From Candidatus Omnitrophota bacterium (GTDB lineage: Bacteria; Omnitrophota; Gorgyraeia; Gygaellales; Profunditerraquicolaceae): a stretch of DNA of 64,000 bases. Made by a program: the position numbers and the translations under genes. This document shows, in pieces, positions 19,538-29,985 of this stretch. The stretch lies in the NCBI GenBank assembly GCA_041663665.1, contig JBAYMG010000001.1:1482-65481 (forward strand). The letters run 5' to 3'. Numbering within the stretch: the stretch's first letter is position 1; each line of letters starts with the position of its first letter. The notes under the pieces were generated by a model. That model worked only from the letters and a program-made list of their open reading frames with translations. It was not told the DNA's origin and searched no databases.

Positions 19538-20505
19538 AGCGAGCGATTATTGTTGGCGTTGGTGGTCAAGATGGTCAATTACTTTATGAGTTGTTAACGA
19601 AGAACCGGTATTTGGTGATAGGAATTGATAAAAATAAAATTCAATCTTCTTTCAAAGTTTTATTTAAGCAAGTTAATATTTTGAATTTTATTGATGTCGC
19701 GAATCTTATTAAGAAATTTCAGCCTCAGGAGGTTTATTATTTAGCGGCTTTTCATCATTCAGCAGAAGATTTACCAATTGAAAATGCTGAACTTTTGCAA
19801 CGTAGTTATAATGTCCATGTTGTTGGACTTGTGAATTTTTTAGAAGCCATAAAAAAATTCTCTCTAAAATCGCGGATTTTTTATGCAGCTTCATCACATA
19901 TTTTTGGTGAGACAAAAAATGATATTCAGGATGAAGATACGCCGATTAATCCTAACGGTCTGTATGGCATTACTAAGGCGACTGGGCTAGCTCTTTGTAG
20001 ATTTTATCGCTCTAATTATGATATTTTTGTTTCGGTAGGCATACTTTATAATCATGAATCTGCTTTTCGGACTGGAAATTTTGTTTCTATGAAAATCATT
20101 CAAGGAGCGATTAATATCAAAAAAGGGAAACAAAAGCAACTATTTCTTGGGGATTTGGATGCGGTAATTGACTGGGGGTATGCTCTGGATTATGTTCGGG
20201 CGATGCATCTTACGCTAAAAAGCAGGAAGCCCGATGATTTTATTATTGCTACAGGTAAGCGACATACAGTTTTGGATTTTATTAAAGTAGTTTTTAAAAC
20301 ACTTCAATTGGACTGGAAGTTATATATTAAAGAGGATGGCTCTATTGTGCGTAAACAGAGTTTTTATCGTATTGGTAATTCTGCTAAATTAAGAACTAGC
20401 ACTGGGTGGGGGCCCGAATTTAGTTTTAAAGAAATGATAAATAGGATGATAGAAATGAATTTGGAAAAGTTTTCGCTTAATTCAAAGAACAAAATTAAAA
20501 GGTGA
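19534..20505 (+). CDS. Gmd-paralogous SDR, probable GDP-4-keto-6-deoxyhexose reductase (Rmd/Gts-like)
   Basis: Carries GQDG and a Gmd-like C-terminal half (ILYNHESAFRTGNFVSMKII...LGDLDAVIDWGYALDYV) but lacks a dehydratase-type N-terminus. Confidence 0.5.
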   Translation: MKRAIIVGVGGQDGQLLYELLTKNRYLVIGIDKNKIQSSFKVLFKQVNILNFIDVANLIKKFQPQEVYYLAAFHHSAEDLPIENAELLQRSYNVHVVGLVNFLEAIKKFSLKSRIFYAASSHIFGETKNDIQDEDTPINPNGLYGITKATGLALCRFYRSNYDIFVSVGILYNHESAFRTGNFVSMKIIQGAINIKKGKQKQLFLGDLDAVIDWGYALDYVRAMHLTLKSRKPDDFIIATGKRHTVLDFIKVVFKTLQLDWKLYIKEDGSIVRKQSFYRIGNSAKLRTSTGWGPEFSFKEMINRMIEMNLEKFSLNSKNKIKR

Positions 20506-20507
20506 GA

Positions 20508-21485
20508 ATGAATAAAACAGTTTTAGTAACAGGTGCCGGAGGTTTTATTGGCAGTCATTTAGCTGAGAAATTATCTTCTTCCGGATACAGGGTAAAGGCT
20601 TTTGTGCATTATAACTCCAAGAATTCCTGGGGCTGGCTGGACGCATCTAAATGTAAAGAACGCATAGAAGTAATTTCTGGCGATATTAGGGATGCGGATA
20701 TTGTCCGGTATGCGATGCGTGATGTTGAAATAGTTTTTCATCTTGCCGCTTTAATTGGTATTCCTTATTCATATCATTCTCCCGAAGCTTACGTTGATAC
20801 AAATATTAAAGGAACTTTAAATATCTTGCAGGCAGCAAAAGATTTGGGTGTTAAGAAGACTGTCATTACATCTACTAGTGAAATTTACGGCACTGCTCAG
20901 TTTGTCCCAATTACCGAAGCTCATCCGATTAATCCCCAATCTCCATATGCAGCAACTAAATCCGCCGCAGATCTTCTTGCGCTGTCTTTTTACCGGTCTT
21001 TTAATTTACCCGTAGCTATTGTCCGGCCTTTTAATACTTATGGACCGAGGCAGTCTGCGCGGGCGGTTATCCCTACGATTATTACTCAGATACTTAATGG
21101 TAAAAAAAAGATAAAACTTGGGGTGATATCTCCTACCCGTGATTTAACCTACGTAGAAGATACGGTTAATGGGTTTATCTGTGCAGGTAAATGCCCGAAA
21201 TCAGTAGGAGAAATTATTAATCTTGGCACTCATTCAGAAATTTCAATTGGTGACTTAGCTCGGTTGATTTCTAAATATCTTAATAAAAATATAGAAATTG
21301 AATCTGAAAAAGATCGAAAAAGGCCGGTCAAGAGTGAAGTTGAGCGGTTGATGGCGGATAATACTAAAGCCAAGCGGATATTGAATTGGGCTCCAGAATA
21401 TAGCTTAGAAAAAGGCCTAAAGATGACGATTGAATGGTTTAAGAAAAATAAAGATATCTATAAATCAGAAATTTATAACGTGTAG
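20508..21485 (+). CDS. legB: NAD-dependent nucleotide-sugar 4,6-dehydratase (LegB-like)
   Basis: Extended SDR (VTGAGGFIGSHL, YAATKSAADLL) immediately upstream of a legC-ptmE-legH-legI-legG run. Confidence 0.55.
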   Translation: MNKTVLVTGAGGFIGSHLAEKLSSSGYRVKAFVHYNSKNSWGWLDASKCKERIEVISGDIRDADIVRYAMRDVEIVFHLAALIGIPYSYHSPEAYVDTNIKGTLNILQAAKDLGVKKTVITSTSEIYGTAQFVPITEAHPINPQSPYAATKSAADLLALSFYRSFNLPVAIVRPFNTYGPRQSARAVIPTIITQILNGKKKIKLGVISPTRDLTYVEDTVNGFICAGKCPKSVGEIINLGTHSEISIGDLARLISKYLNKNIEIESEKDRKRPVKSEVERLMADNTKAKRILNWAPEYSLEKGLKMTIEWFKKNKDIYKSEIYNV

Positions 21486-21490
21486 GTGTT

Positions 21491-22663
21491 ATGAAAAATA
21501 TCCCACTTTCTGTGCCTAATTTAAACGGTAGAGAATTGCAGTACATTAAAAAATGCATTGATACTAATTGGATTTCTTCTTCCGGCAAGTTCGTTGTCGA
21601 TTTTGAAGATAAAATCTGTAAATATACTAAAGCTAAATTTGCTGTTGCTTGTGTAAATGGCACATCCGGTTTACACATTGCTTTAAAGGTTTGCGGTGTT
21701 TCCAGGGGTGATGAAGTTATCGTCCCGACTCTTACGTTTATTGCTCCGGTTAATGTAGTTAAATATGTAGGAGCTGAGCCGGTTTTTATGGATTGTGATA
21801 ATTATATGAACATTGATCCTGTTAAGCTGCGGGAATTTTGTTCTAAGGAATGCCGAATTACAAGATCGGGTTTAAAAAATAAAAGAACAGGAAGGATTAT
21901 CCGGGCGGTAATTCCAGTCCATATTTTCGGCAATCCTTGTGACATGGAAGAAATTATGAGTATTGCCCGGCAATATCATTTTAAAGTAATTGAAGATGCA
22001 ACTGAGAGCCTGGGTTCGTATTACACAAGAGGAGCCTATAAAAATAAATTTACCGGTACGGTATCTGATGTTGGAGTTTATTCATTTAATGGCAATAAGA
22101 TAATTACTGCCGGCGGCGGCGGGATGATTGTGACGAATAGCAGGGTCATGTCGGATAAAGCCAGGTATTTGACTAATCAGGCTAAAGATGATCCTGTGAG
22201 GTATATTCATAATGAAATTGGGTATAATTTCCGTTTGACCAATTTACAGGCGGCACTGGGTTTGGCGCAGCTAGAGCAGTTAAAAGGTTTTATTAAAACT
22301 AAGAAGTATAATTATGAATTATATAAAAAGCTTTTAAGTGGCATTCGTGGAATTAATATACTGGATCTCCCAGCAGGTACTGCTCCGAATTATTGGTTCT
22401 ATTCGTTGATTATGGAAAAAAATGAATTTGGTATGAACAGAGATGGTGTTATGGAACATTTACAAACAAAAGGCATCCAAGCAAGGCCGGTATGGTATTT
22501 GAATCATCTTCAGAAGCCGTTTAGAAAGAACCAATCATATAAAATTGAGAAAGCGGCGTGGTTTTGGGAAAGAGTTTTAAATTTTCCTTGTAGTACAAAT
22601 TTAGAAATAAAGCAGGTAAAATATATAGTTTCAGTAATTCGAAATTTACACGGAAATAACTAA
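21491..22663 (+). CDS. legC: DegT/DnrJ/EryC1-family PLP aminotransferase (LegC-like)
   Basis: DegT-fold protein with the catalytic Lys context YSFNGNKIITAGGGG. Confidence 0.7.
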   Translation: MKNIPLSVPNLNGRELQYIKKCIDTNWISSSGKFVVDFEDKICKYTKAKFAVACVNGTSGLHIALKVCGVSRGDEVIVPTLTFIAPVNVVKYVGAEPVFMDCDNYMNIDPVKLREFCSKECRITRSGLKNKRTGRIIRAVIPVHIFGNPCDMEEIMSIARQYHFKVIEDATESLGSYYTRGAYKNKFTGTVSDVGVYSFNGNKIITAGGGGMIVTNSRVMSDKARYLTNQAKDDPVRYIHNEIGYNFRLTNLQAALGLAQLEQLKGFIKTKKYNYELYKKLLSGIRGINILDLPAGTAPNYWFYSLIMEKNEFGMNRDGVMEHLQTKGIQARPVWYLNHLQKPFRKNQSYKIEKAAWFWERVLNFPCSTNLEIKQVKYIVSVIRNLHGNN

Positions 22664-22667
22664 TACT

Positions 22668-23726
22668 ATGGAAAAACTTAAGAAGATACTTATAAATCCT
22701 GAGCAAGCTATTAAACATGTTTTAAAGCACATGGATGCAGTTGGAGAGAAAACCATGTTTGTGGTTGATAAAGAAAATAAGCTTTTAGGTACCGTTACAG
22801 ATGGTGATATCAGGAGATGGATATTAAAGGGGAGAAGTTTATTGGATAATGTCTCAAGCGTTATGAATTGTAAGCCGATAAGCTTAAGCAAGGAGTTCAA
22901 ACAGGAGCAAGCTAAAGTAGTAATGATTAAGAAGGAGCTTGGGTGTTTGCCGGTTATAGATAATGAAGGGAGTGTTGTTTCTGCTGTTTGGTGGGTGGAT
23001 CTTTTTAAAAATAAGTTAAAGAAGCAGAAATCTCTAAAATTACCTGTAGTGATTATGGCCGGAGGTGAAGGCGCCCGTTTACACCCCTTTACTAAGATTC
23101 TTCCTAAGCCATTGATGCCAATAGGTGATAAGCCGATTATCGAATTAATTATAAATAAATTTTTTGATTATGGCTGCCAAGATTTTTACCTCTCTTTGAA
23201 TTATAAATCTAATATAATTAAAGCATACTTCAGCGATTTTGAGCATAAATATAAAATCAATTATATTTTAGAGAATAAGCCTTTAGGCACAGCGGGAAGC
23301 CTGCATTTTCTAAAGAATAGGATCAAAAAGACATTTTTTGTTAGTAACTGCGATATTCTTATTGAGGCAGATTACGCGGATATATTAAAATTCCATCACC
23401 AGCGGAAGAATAAAATTACTTTGGTTAGTTCAATGAAAAATTTCACTATTCCTTATGGTGTATGTAAAATTCAAAATGGTGGAATTTTAAAGAATATCCG
23501 GGAAAAGCCGGAATATGATTTTTTAGTTAATACCGGTATGTATATTTTGGAAGCATCAGTTCTTGTAGATATACCCAGGAATCAATTCTATGATATAACT
23601 GATCTTATAAATGATTATCTTAAAAAAGGCGAAAAAATCGGCGTTTATCCTGTTTCGGAAAAATCATGGCTGGATATGGGGCAGTTTGAGGCTCTTCAGG
23701 AAACATTGAAAAAATTTGAGGTTTAA
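22668..23726 (+). CDS. ptmE: CBS-domain sugar-phosphate nucleotidyltransferase (PtmE-like GlcN/GlcNAc-1-P guanylyltransferase)
   Basis: Tandem N-terminal CBS domains followed by an NTP-transferase domain (VVIMAGGEGARLHPFTKILPKPLMPIGDKP). Confidence 0.65.
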   Translation: MEKLKKILINPEQAIKHVLKHMDAVGEKTMFVVDKENKLLGTVTDGDIRRWILKGRSLLDNVSSVMNCKPISLSKEFKQEQAKVVMIKKELGCLPVIDNEGSVVSAVWWVDLFKNKLKKQKSLKLPVVIMAGGEGARLHPFTKILPKPLMPIGDKPIIELIINKFFDYGCQDFYLSLNYKSNIIKAYFSDFEHKYKINYILENKPLGTAGSLHFLKNRIKKTFFVSNCDILIEADYADILKFHHQRKNKITLVSSMKNFTIPYGVCKIQNGGILKNIREKPEYDFLVNTGMYILEASVLVDIPRNQFYDITDLINDYLKKGEKIGVYPVSEKSWLDMGQFEALQETLKKFEV

Positions 23727-23735
23727 GCTAATTTT

Positions 23736-24383
23736 ATGAAACATAAAATATTACTTATTGGGGCAGGCGGGCATTGTAAGGTAATTTTGGATTTGTTTTT
23801 ACAGATTAAGAAATATGAGATATCCGGTATACTTGATTTGAAAGAGAATCTGGGTAATAAGATTCTGGGAGTTTCGGTTATTGGTACTGATGCAGATTTG
23901 CCGCGTTTTTTTAAAACAGGTATTAAATATTGTTTTATTTCAGTAGGAAGCGTAGGTAATCCCCGTTTGCGTATTAAATTGTATAATTTTGCTAAGCAGT
24001 CAGGGTTTTTGTTTCCGAATTTAATCAGCCCTAATGCTCAGGTGTCTTCGCATGTTATTCTGGGAGAAGGTAACTATATTGCCCCGGGAGTAATTATAAA
24101 TGCCGGAACTCAAATCGGCAATAATTGTATTCTTAATACCGGAGCAATTATTGAGCATGATTGTAAGATCGGTAATTTTGTTCATCTTTCTCCGGGGTCA
24201 GTGTTAAGCGGCGGCGTAAACATAGGTGATAATTGTCATGTTGGGACCGGAAGCGTAGTAATTCAGGGTGTTCAGATTGCCGGGCAAACGATTATCGGAG
24301 CTGGAAGCGTGGTTACGAAAAACATTCTTAAAGGAATGATTGCTTACGGCAATCCGTGTAAAGAAAGAAGAACAAATGGATAA
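23736..24383 (+). CDS. legH: NeuD/PglD-family hexapeptide N-acetyltransferase (LegH-like)
   Basis: N-terminal Rossmann-like KILLIGAGGHCKV followed by left-handed beta-helix hexapeptide repeats. Confidence 0.7.
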   Translation: MKHKILLIGAGGHCKVILDLFLQIKKYEISGILDLKENLGNKILGVSVIGTDADLPRFFKTGIKYCFISVGSVGNPRLRIKLYNFAKQSGFLFPNLISPNAQVSSHVILGEGNYIAPGVIINAGTQIGNNCILNTGAIIEHDCKIGNFVHLSPGSVLSGGVNIGDNCHVGTGSVVIQGVQIAGQTIIGAGSVVTKNILKGMIAYGNPCKERRTNG

Positions 24384-25380
24384 GGTGTTTATTATCGCTG
24401 AAGCCGGAGTCAATCATAACGGTTATCTTAAAATTGCGAAGAAAATGGTAGATGCGGCGGCAGAATCCGGAGCTGATGCAGTTAAATTCCAAACGTTTAA
24501 TGCTGAGTCGCTGGTTTCTAAGTATGCACCTAAGGCTGCATATCAGAAGAAAAATACGGACAAAGGCGAAAGCCAGTTGGAAATGATCAAAAAGCTGAGG
24601 CTAGATTTCAATGCCCATAAGGAATTGATAAGATATTGCCGAATAAAGAAAATTATGTTTCTTTCCTCGCCATTTGATTTAGAGAGTATTGATCTTTTAT
24701 CCGGGCTTGGCCTGGAAATATTTAAAATACCATCTGGAGAAATAACTAATTTGCCTTATTTGCGTAAAATAGGTTCTTTGAGGAAGAAAATTATACTTTC
24801 AGCTGGAATGGCGGATCTTAAAGAGATAGGCATTGCTTTAGAGATTTTAATCTCTTCAGGCACTAAAAAAAGCAACATAACTGTTTTGCATTGTAATACT
24901 GAATATCCTACGCCTTTAGAAGACGCTAATTTAAGGGCTATGCTGACGATCAGAGATAAGTTTAAGGTTAAGGTGGGCTACTCCGACCATACCTTGGGTG
25001 TTGAAGTGGCTATTGCCGCTGTTGCTATGGGTGCTTCGATCATTGAAAAACATTTTACTTTAAATAAAAAAATGGCTGGGCCGGATCATAAGGCCAGCCT
25101 TGAGTGTGATGAATTAAAACAGATGGTTACTTTAGTCAGGAATATCGAAAAAGCGATTGGAAGTGGGATAAAAGAGCCTTCTAAATCAGAAGTTAAGAAC
25201 ATTAATCTTGTAAGAAAAAGTATCGTTGCGGCAAATAATATTAAAAAAGGCGAAAGATTTAATAAAAATAACATTACCGTAAAGAGGCCGGGATTTGGTT
25301 TAAGTCCGATGCTGTGGGACGCAGTTGTTAATAAAAAAGCCAAACAGGATTTTAAGGCAGGCGATTTAATAAAAACATGA
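24376..25380 (+). CDS. legI: N-acetylneuraminate-synthase-family enzyme (legionaminic acid synthase, LegI/NeuB)
   Basis: VFIIAEAGVNHNG opens the NeuB TIM barrel, and a C-terminal SAF/antifreeze-like domain is present. Confidence 0.85.
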   Translation: MDKVFIIAEAGVNHNGYLKIAKKMVDAAAESGADAVKFQTFNAESLVSKYAPKAAYQKKNTDKGESQLEMIKKLRLDFNAHKELIRYCRIKKIMFLSSPFDLESIDLLSGLGLEIFKIPSGEITNLPYLRKIGSLRKKIILSAGMADLKEIGIALEILISSGTKKSNITVLHCNTEYPTPLEDANLRAMLTIRDKFKVKVGYSDHTLGVEVAIAAVAMGASIIEKHFTLNKKMAGPDHKASLECDELKQMVTLVRNIEKAIGSGIKEPSKSEVKNINLVRKSIVAANNIKKGERFNKNNITVKRPGFGLSPMLWDAVVNKKAKQDFKAGDLIKT

Positions 25381-26546
25381 AGAAAAGAATATGGGTAGTA
25401 ACTGGTTCAAGAGCAGAATATGGTTTATTGAAACCTTTAATTAAAAATATAATTGAAGACGGCAAATTTGCCCTTGAAGTAATTGTTACAGGCCAACATT
25501 TAGACAGCCGGTTTGGTTTGACATTTAAGGATATTGAGAAAGATGGTATTAGAATAAGTAAAAAAGTAAGGATGCTTGCTGATGGTGATTCTCAGTATTC
25601 TATTGCTCAATCCGTAGGTTTGGGTATTTCAAAATTTGGAGCAATTTTCGCTAAAGAGAAGCCTGATCTTTTAATTGTGCTTGGAGATAGGTTTGAGATT
25701 TTTGCTGCTACAAGCGCTGCCTTTATTTTCAAAATCCCAATTGCCCATTTACATGGAGGGGAGCTGACTTCCGGATCGATGGATGATGTTTTTAGGCATG
25801 CGGTTACTAAAATGAGCATACTGCATTTTGTCTCTACTTCCGAGTACAAAAGAAGAGTGGTGCAATTGGGGGAGGATCCGCAAAGGGTGTTTAATGTCGG
25901 GGCCATAGGAATAGATAATATTAAACAGGCAAAACTATTACCGATTTTAGAGCTAGAAAAAGAACTTAAGTTTAAACTAGGTAAAAGAAATATTTTGGTT
26001 ACATTCCATCCTGCAACATTAGAGGAAGATAAGTGCGTATCTTCATTTAATCAGCTGCTTTTGGCTTTGGATGATTTTAAGGATGTAAAAATAATTTTTA
26101 CTAAGCCCAATGTTGATATCGGGAGCCTTGAAATCGGTAAGATGATTGATGATTATGTAAAACGAAATGAGGATAGGGCAAAGGCATTTGTTTCTTTAGG
26201 GACATTAAAATACCTTTCATTGATAAAAAACGTAGATGCGGTAATTGGAAATTCGTCTAGCGGAATAATCGAAGTTCCGTCATTTGGTAAGCCTACGGTT
26301 AACATTGGTAATCGGCAAAAGGGCAGAATTAGGGCAAAAAGTGTGATTGATTCTAAGTCGCAAATGAAACAGATTTCAAACTCGATCAAGAAGGCGCTTT
26401 CTCCTGAGTTTGCGGAGTTTTGTAAGTCAGTAAATAATCCCTATGGTAATGGAAATACCGCTAGAAAGATTTATAACTTGATTAAAAGAGATATTAATAC
26501 CTTGAGCAATCTTCAGAAGATTTTTTATACGATGGGAGAAAAATGA
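25377..26546 (+). CDS. legG: hydrolysing UDP/GDP-N-acetylglucosamine 2-epimerase (LegG/NeuC)
   Basis: VVTGSRAEYGLL...GDRFEIFAATSAAFIFKIPIAHLHGGE match NeuC. Confidence 0.85.
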   Translation: MKKRIWVVTGSRAEYGLLKPLIKNIIEDGKFALEVIVTGQHLDSRFGLTFKDIEKDGIRISKKVRMLADGDSQYSIAQSVGLGISKFGAIFAKEKPDLLIVLGDRFEIFAATSAAFIFKIPIAHLHGGELTSGSMDDVFRHAVTKMSILHFVSTSEYKRRVVQLGEDPQRVFNVGAIGIDNIKQAKLLPILELEKELKFKLGKRNILVTFHPATLEEDKCVSSFNQLLLALDDFKDVKIIFTKPNVDIGSLEIGKMIDDYVKRNEDRAKAFVSLGTLKYLSLIKNVDAVIGNSSSGIIEVPSFGKPTVNIGNRQKGRIRAKSVIDSKSQMKQISNSIKKALSPEFAEFCKSVNNPYGNGNTARKIYNLIKRDINTLSNLQKIFYTMGEK

Positions 26547-27313
26547 ATTACAAATCACTTTTTGATTTAAATAATAAAGTAATAGTTGTGGTTGGCGGAG
26601 CCGGATTAATCGGCAGCGAAATCGTAAAGGGCTTAAGGGATTTTGGGGCAGATGTGTATATTGCTGATACTAACGAGGAAACCGGAAAGAAAATAAAAAC
26701 TAAAGGCACTAAGTTTGTTTATTTAGACATAACTTCCGAAGGTTCTATCCATAAGGCTTTAAAACAAATTTGTAATGACACAAAGAAAATTGATGTATTA
26801 ATTAATTGTGCATATCCCAGAACCAGTGATTGGGGATTAAAAATGGAAAAAGTTACTTTTGATTCCTGGAAAAAAAATGTAAATAATCATTTGGGTGGAT
26901 ATTTTCTCTGCTCTAAAGTTACGGCAGAATTGATGAAGAAAGAATCAAGAGGGGTTATTATAAATTTTGCTTCAATTTACGGTGTAGTGGCACCGGATTT
27001 TGATATATATAAAGGCACCAAAATGACAATGCCGGTAGCTTATTCCGCGATAAAGGGAGGAATTATAAATTTTACTAAATATTTGGCTACCTATTATGCA
27101 AAATACAACATTAGGGCTAATGTTGTATCTCCGGGAGGAGTTTTTAATCAGCAATCTGCTTCGTTTCTAAAAAAATATGCCAGTAAAACTCCGCTTAAGC
27201 GGATGGCAAAGCCACAGGATATTGTCGGGGCAGTGATATATCTTTGTTCAGAAGCCTCTTCTTATGTTACCGGCCAGAACATTTTAGTAGACGGCGGATG
27301 GAGTGTCTGGTAA
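26543..27313 (+). CDS. short-chain dehydrogenase/reductase (PtmA-like)
   Basis: Classical SDR with GGAGLIGSEI and YSAIKGG. The position matches ptmA in Campylobacter legionaminic-acid loci. Confidence 0.5.
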   Translation: MNYKSLFDLNNKVIVVVGGAGLIGSEIVKGLRDFGADVYIADTNEETGKKIKTKGTKFVYLDITSEGSIHKALKQICNDTKKIDVLINCAYPRTSDWGLKMEKVTFDSWKKNVNNHLGGYFLCSKVTAELMKKESRGVIINFASIYGVVAPDFDIYKGTKMTMPVAYSAIKGGIINFTKYLATYYAKYNIRANVVSPGGVFNQQSASFLKKYASKTPLKRMAKPQDIVGAVIYLCSEASSYVTGQNILVDGGWSVW

Positions 27314-28251
27314 TGAAAATATTGCTTGTCGGCTGTGGGTCTATTGGTAGAAGACATCTAGAAAACTTAAATCAACTATCTGAAGTCAGCCAGATATTTG
27401 TTTATTCTAAAGTTAAGCATTGCTTAGATTGCCTAGAAGATAAGCATAAAGTTTCAATGGTAAAGTCTTTGAATGCTATTCAGCCCGATGTAGCTATTAT
27501 TGCTAATGAGACTAATAGGCACATAAATACAGCGGTAATTTTAGCAAAAAAAGGAATTCATTTATTTGTCGAAAAGCCGCTTGCGCATAATTTATCCGGC
27601 AAGCTTGAGCTGTTAAAAAAAATTATTAAATTAAAAAAAATAAAGCTTGGGGTTGGATATAATTTAAGATTTTTGGGAGCGTTTGAATTTATTAAAACCA
27701 AACTTTCTCAAGGTGCTATCGGCAAAATATATTTTGCCAAGATCGAAGTTGGACAGTATCTACCTTTTTGGAGAAGTAAATGTGATTATAGCATTTCTTA
27801 TAGCGCTTCAAAAAAACGCGGTGGAGGCGTGGCTTTAGATTTATCGCATGAAATAGATTATATGCGTTTTCTTTTTGGCGACCCTAATTCATGTAAAGTA
27901 GCCAAAGCTAAAGTGAGCAGTCTAAAAATTGATTCAGAGGACGTATTCGAAGGAATTTACGTTTACGATAATTTTATCTGCAATGTCCATATGGATTATT
28001 TGCAGAAAAACAAAAAAAGAGTTATCAGAATAGAAGGTGAAAAGGGGGAGCTTATTTGCGATCTAATCAATAAGAAAATAGTAATAGATGTTTTAGGTAA
28101 GAAAACGATAGTTTCTGATAAAAAACTTTTTGATCTGGATAAAACGTACAAAGATGAAATCTTTAGTTTTATAAAATCAGTAAAATTTAATCGTAAGCCA
28201 GCAGTTACTTTTGAAGACGGAGTAAAAGTGCTCAAGCTTATTGAGGCTTAA
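27313..28251 (+). CDS. Gfo/Idh/MocA-family oxidoreductase (PtmF-like)
   Basis: KILLVGCGSIGRRHL Rossmann N-terminus followed by a GFO_IDH_MocA C-terminal domain. Confidence 0.5.
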   Translation: MKILLVGCGSIGRRHLENLNQLSEVSQIFVYSKVKHCLDCLEDKHKVSMVKSLNAIQPDVAIIANETNRHINTAVILAKKGIHLFVEKPLAHNLSGKLELLKKIIKLKKIKLGVGYNLRFLGAFEFIKTKLSQGAIGKIYFAKIEVGQYLPFWRSKCDYSISYSASKKRGGGVALDLSHEIDYMRFLFGDPNSCKVAKAKVSSLKIDSEDVFEGIYVYDNFICNVHMDYLQKNKKRVIRIEGEKGELICDLINKKIVIDVLGKKTIVSDKKLFDLDKTYKDEIFSFIKSVKFNRKPAVTFEDGVKVLKLIEA

Positions 28252-28252
28252 A

Positions 28253-28969
28253 ATGTATAAAAATAAAAAAATAGTTTGTATTATTCCGGCTAGAGGCGGA
28301 TCAAAAGGTTTGCCCGGCAAAAATATTAAAATGCTTCTTGGTAAGCCGTTGATTGCTTATAGCATCCGGCAGGCTAAGCAATCTGAGTTGATTGATAGAG
28401 TTATCGTTTCTACGGATGATAAAAAGATTGCGAAAATATCAGAAAAGTATGGTGCTGAAGTTCCTTTTATCAGGCCGAAGTCTTTAGCACAAGATAAAAG
28501 CAGCACAATGGATGTTTTATTGCATGCTATGGAGTGGCTTAAGAAAGATAACTATTCGTTTGATGTCCTGGTTTTATTGCATGCAACAGCACCATTAAGA
28601 TTGGTAGGAGATATTAATAATAGTATTAAATTGTTATTCAATAAGAATGTGTCCAATGTTTTTTCTGTTACCGAGGCGCATAGGAATCCTTATTTTAATA
28701 TGGTGGAAGTAAAACGGGGTAGAGTCAAGCTTGTTAAAAAAAGCTGTTTTACCGCCAGGCAAGCAGCACCCGAGGTTTATGATATGAATGCTTCAATATA
28801 CGTCTGGTGGAAGGATGTTTTAATAAAAGGGAAAGGGGTATTCTTAAGCAACAGCCGTATCTATGTTATGCCCAAGAGAAGATCTATTGATATTGATGAT
28901 TATATAGATTTCAGAGTAGCGGAAATACTAATGATTGAACAAAGCATAATAAGGAGAAATAAAAAATGA
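28253..28969 (+). CDS. legF: CMP-nonulosonic acid synthetase (acylneuraminate cytidylyltransferase family, LegF-like)
   Basis: IVCIIPARGGSKGLPGKNIK is the CMP-NeuAc synthetase P-loop. Confidence 0.8.
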   Translation: MYKNKKIVCIIPARGGSKGLPGKNIKMLLGKPLIAYSIRQAKQSELIDRVIVSTDDKKIAKISEKYGAEVPFIRPKSLAQDKSSTMDVLLHAMEWLKKDNYSFDVLVLLHATAPLRLVGDINNSIKLLFNKNVSNVFSVTEAHRNPYFNMVEVKRGRVKLVKKSCFTARQAAPEVYDMNASIYVWWKDVLIKGKGVFLSNSRIYVMPKRRSIDIDDYIDFRVAEILMIEQSIIRRNKK

Positions 28970-29865
28970 AACAAATTCTTAAGGATACAATCCGCCGGAT
29001 ATTTCACATATTTGGTGTTCATCTGTCCCGCTACCCGTTAAAACACAAAACACCTGTTCTTAATAACGTTTTTGGTCATACAGTATTCCAAAATACCCAA
29101 GATATTGGTACAGCCTATGGACGACTCGCTAATGTCGATATTCATGGCCTCGGCAAACTTTGGGAAGACGGCGAAATCAACTTTATTGTCAACGCAGTCA
29201 AGCAGGGAAATACTGTAATTGATATCGGTGCCAACATCGGTATAGTTACGCTCCTATTGGCGAAATTAGTTGGACCAAAAGGGCGCGTGGTGTCATTTGA
29301 ACCAGGGCCGATGAGTTTTGCTTTGTTGACCACAAATGTTCTTGTTAACAACTATAAAAACATCACACTTGTGAATAACGCAGTATCTTCTATAAGTGGT
29401 ACGGAACAACTCTTTATCTGTCCTAGTGGCGAGAGCGACAATCAAGTATCTAAATTGCCTTTGGATTGGGAAGAAGACCGAATCAGTATTCCCTGTCACA
29501 CAGTTAGTTTGGATGATTACTTCAGCAGGGGGGGCAATGATGGAGCAATTGATTTTATCAAGATAGACACGCAAGGGGGAGAGTACAAAGCGTTATTGGG
29601 TATGAAAAATCTTCTTGCCAGGAATAAGAACATCCGGCTGACAGTTGAATATGCGTCATATCTTCCTCTGTGGTTGGAATCAGAAAAGCATGAATTTTTT
29701 GACTTAGTGCGTTCGTTAGGATTTTATATATACGATCTTAAATCTGTAACTCCAAAACTGGTAAGCGAAAAGGATCTTCTGGAAATGTATCCTCGCAACA
29801 CCTATAGATCCACAGGATCCGGTCTATGTACGACTTTGCTTTTGCAAAGAGATAGAAACATCTGA
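28966..29865 (+). CDS. FkbM-family SAM-dependent methyltransferase
   Basis: IDIGANIGIVTLLLAKLVGPKGRVVSFEP is FkbM motif I. Local GC rises from this gene onward. Confidence 0.65.
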   Translation: MKQILKDTIRRIFHIFGVHLSRYPLKHKTPVLNNVFGHTVFQNTQDIGTAYGRLANVDIHGLGKLWEDGEINFIVNAVKQGNTVIDIGANIGIVTLLLAKLVGPKGRVVSFEPGPMSFALLTTNVLVNNYKNITLVNNAVSSISGTEQLFICPSGESDNQVSKLPLDWEEDRISIPCHTVSLDDYFSRGGNDGAIDFIKIDTQGGEYKALLGMKNLLARNKNIRLTVEYASYLPLWLESEKHEFFDLVRSLGFYIYDLKSVTPKLVSEKDLLEMYPRNTYRSTGSGLCTTLLLQRDRNI

Positions 29866-29985
29866 CCCAGTGCAAATATTTTCTCCCTTACCTGGAAGTA
29901 TATAGGGAGATAATATCTGACACACAAGAGGTCTATTTTGGGCATAGAGATATTGATTTTAAGTAGCAGAAATGTTGATTAAAAG

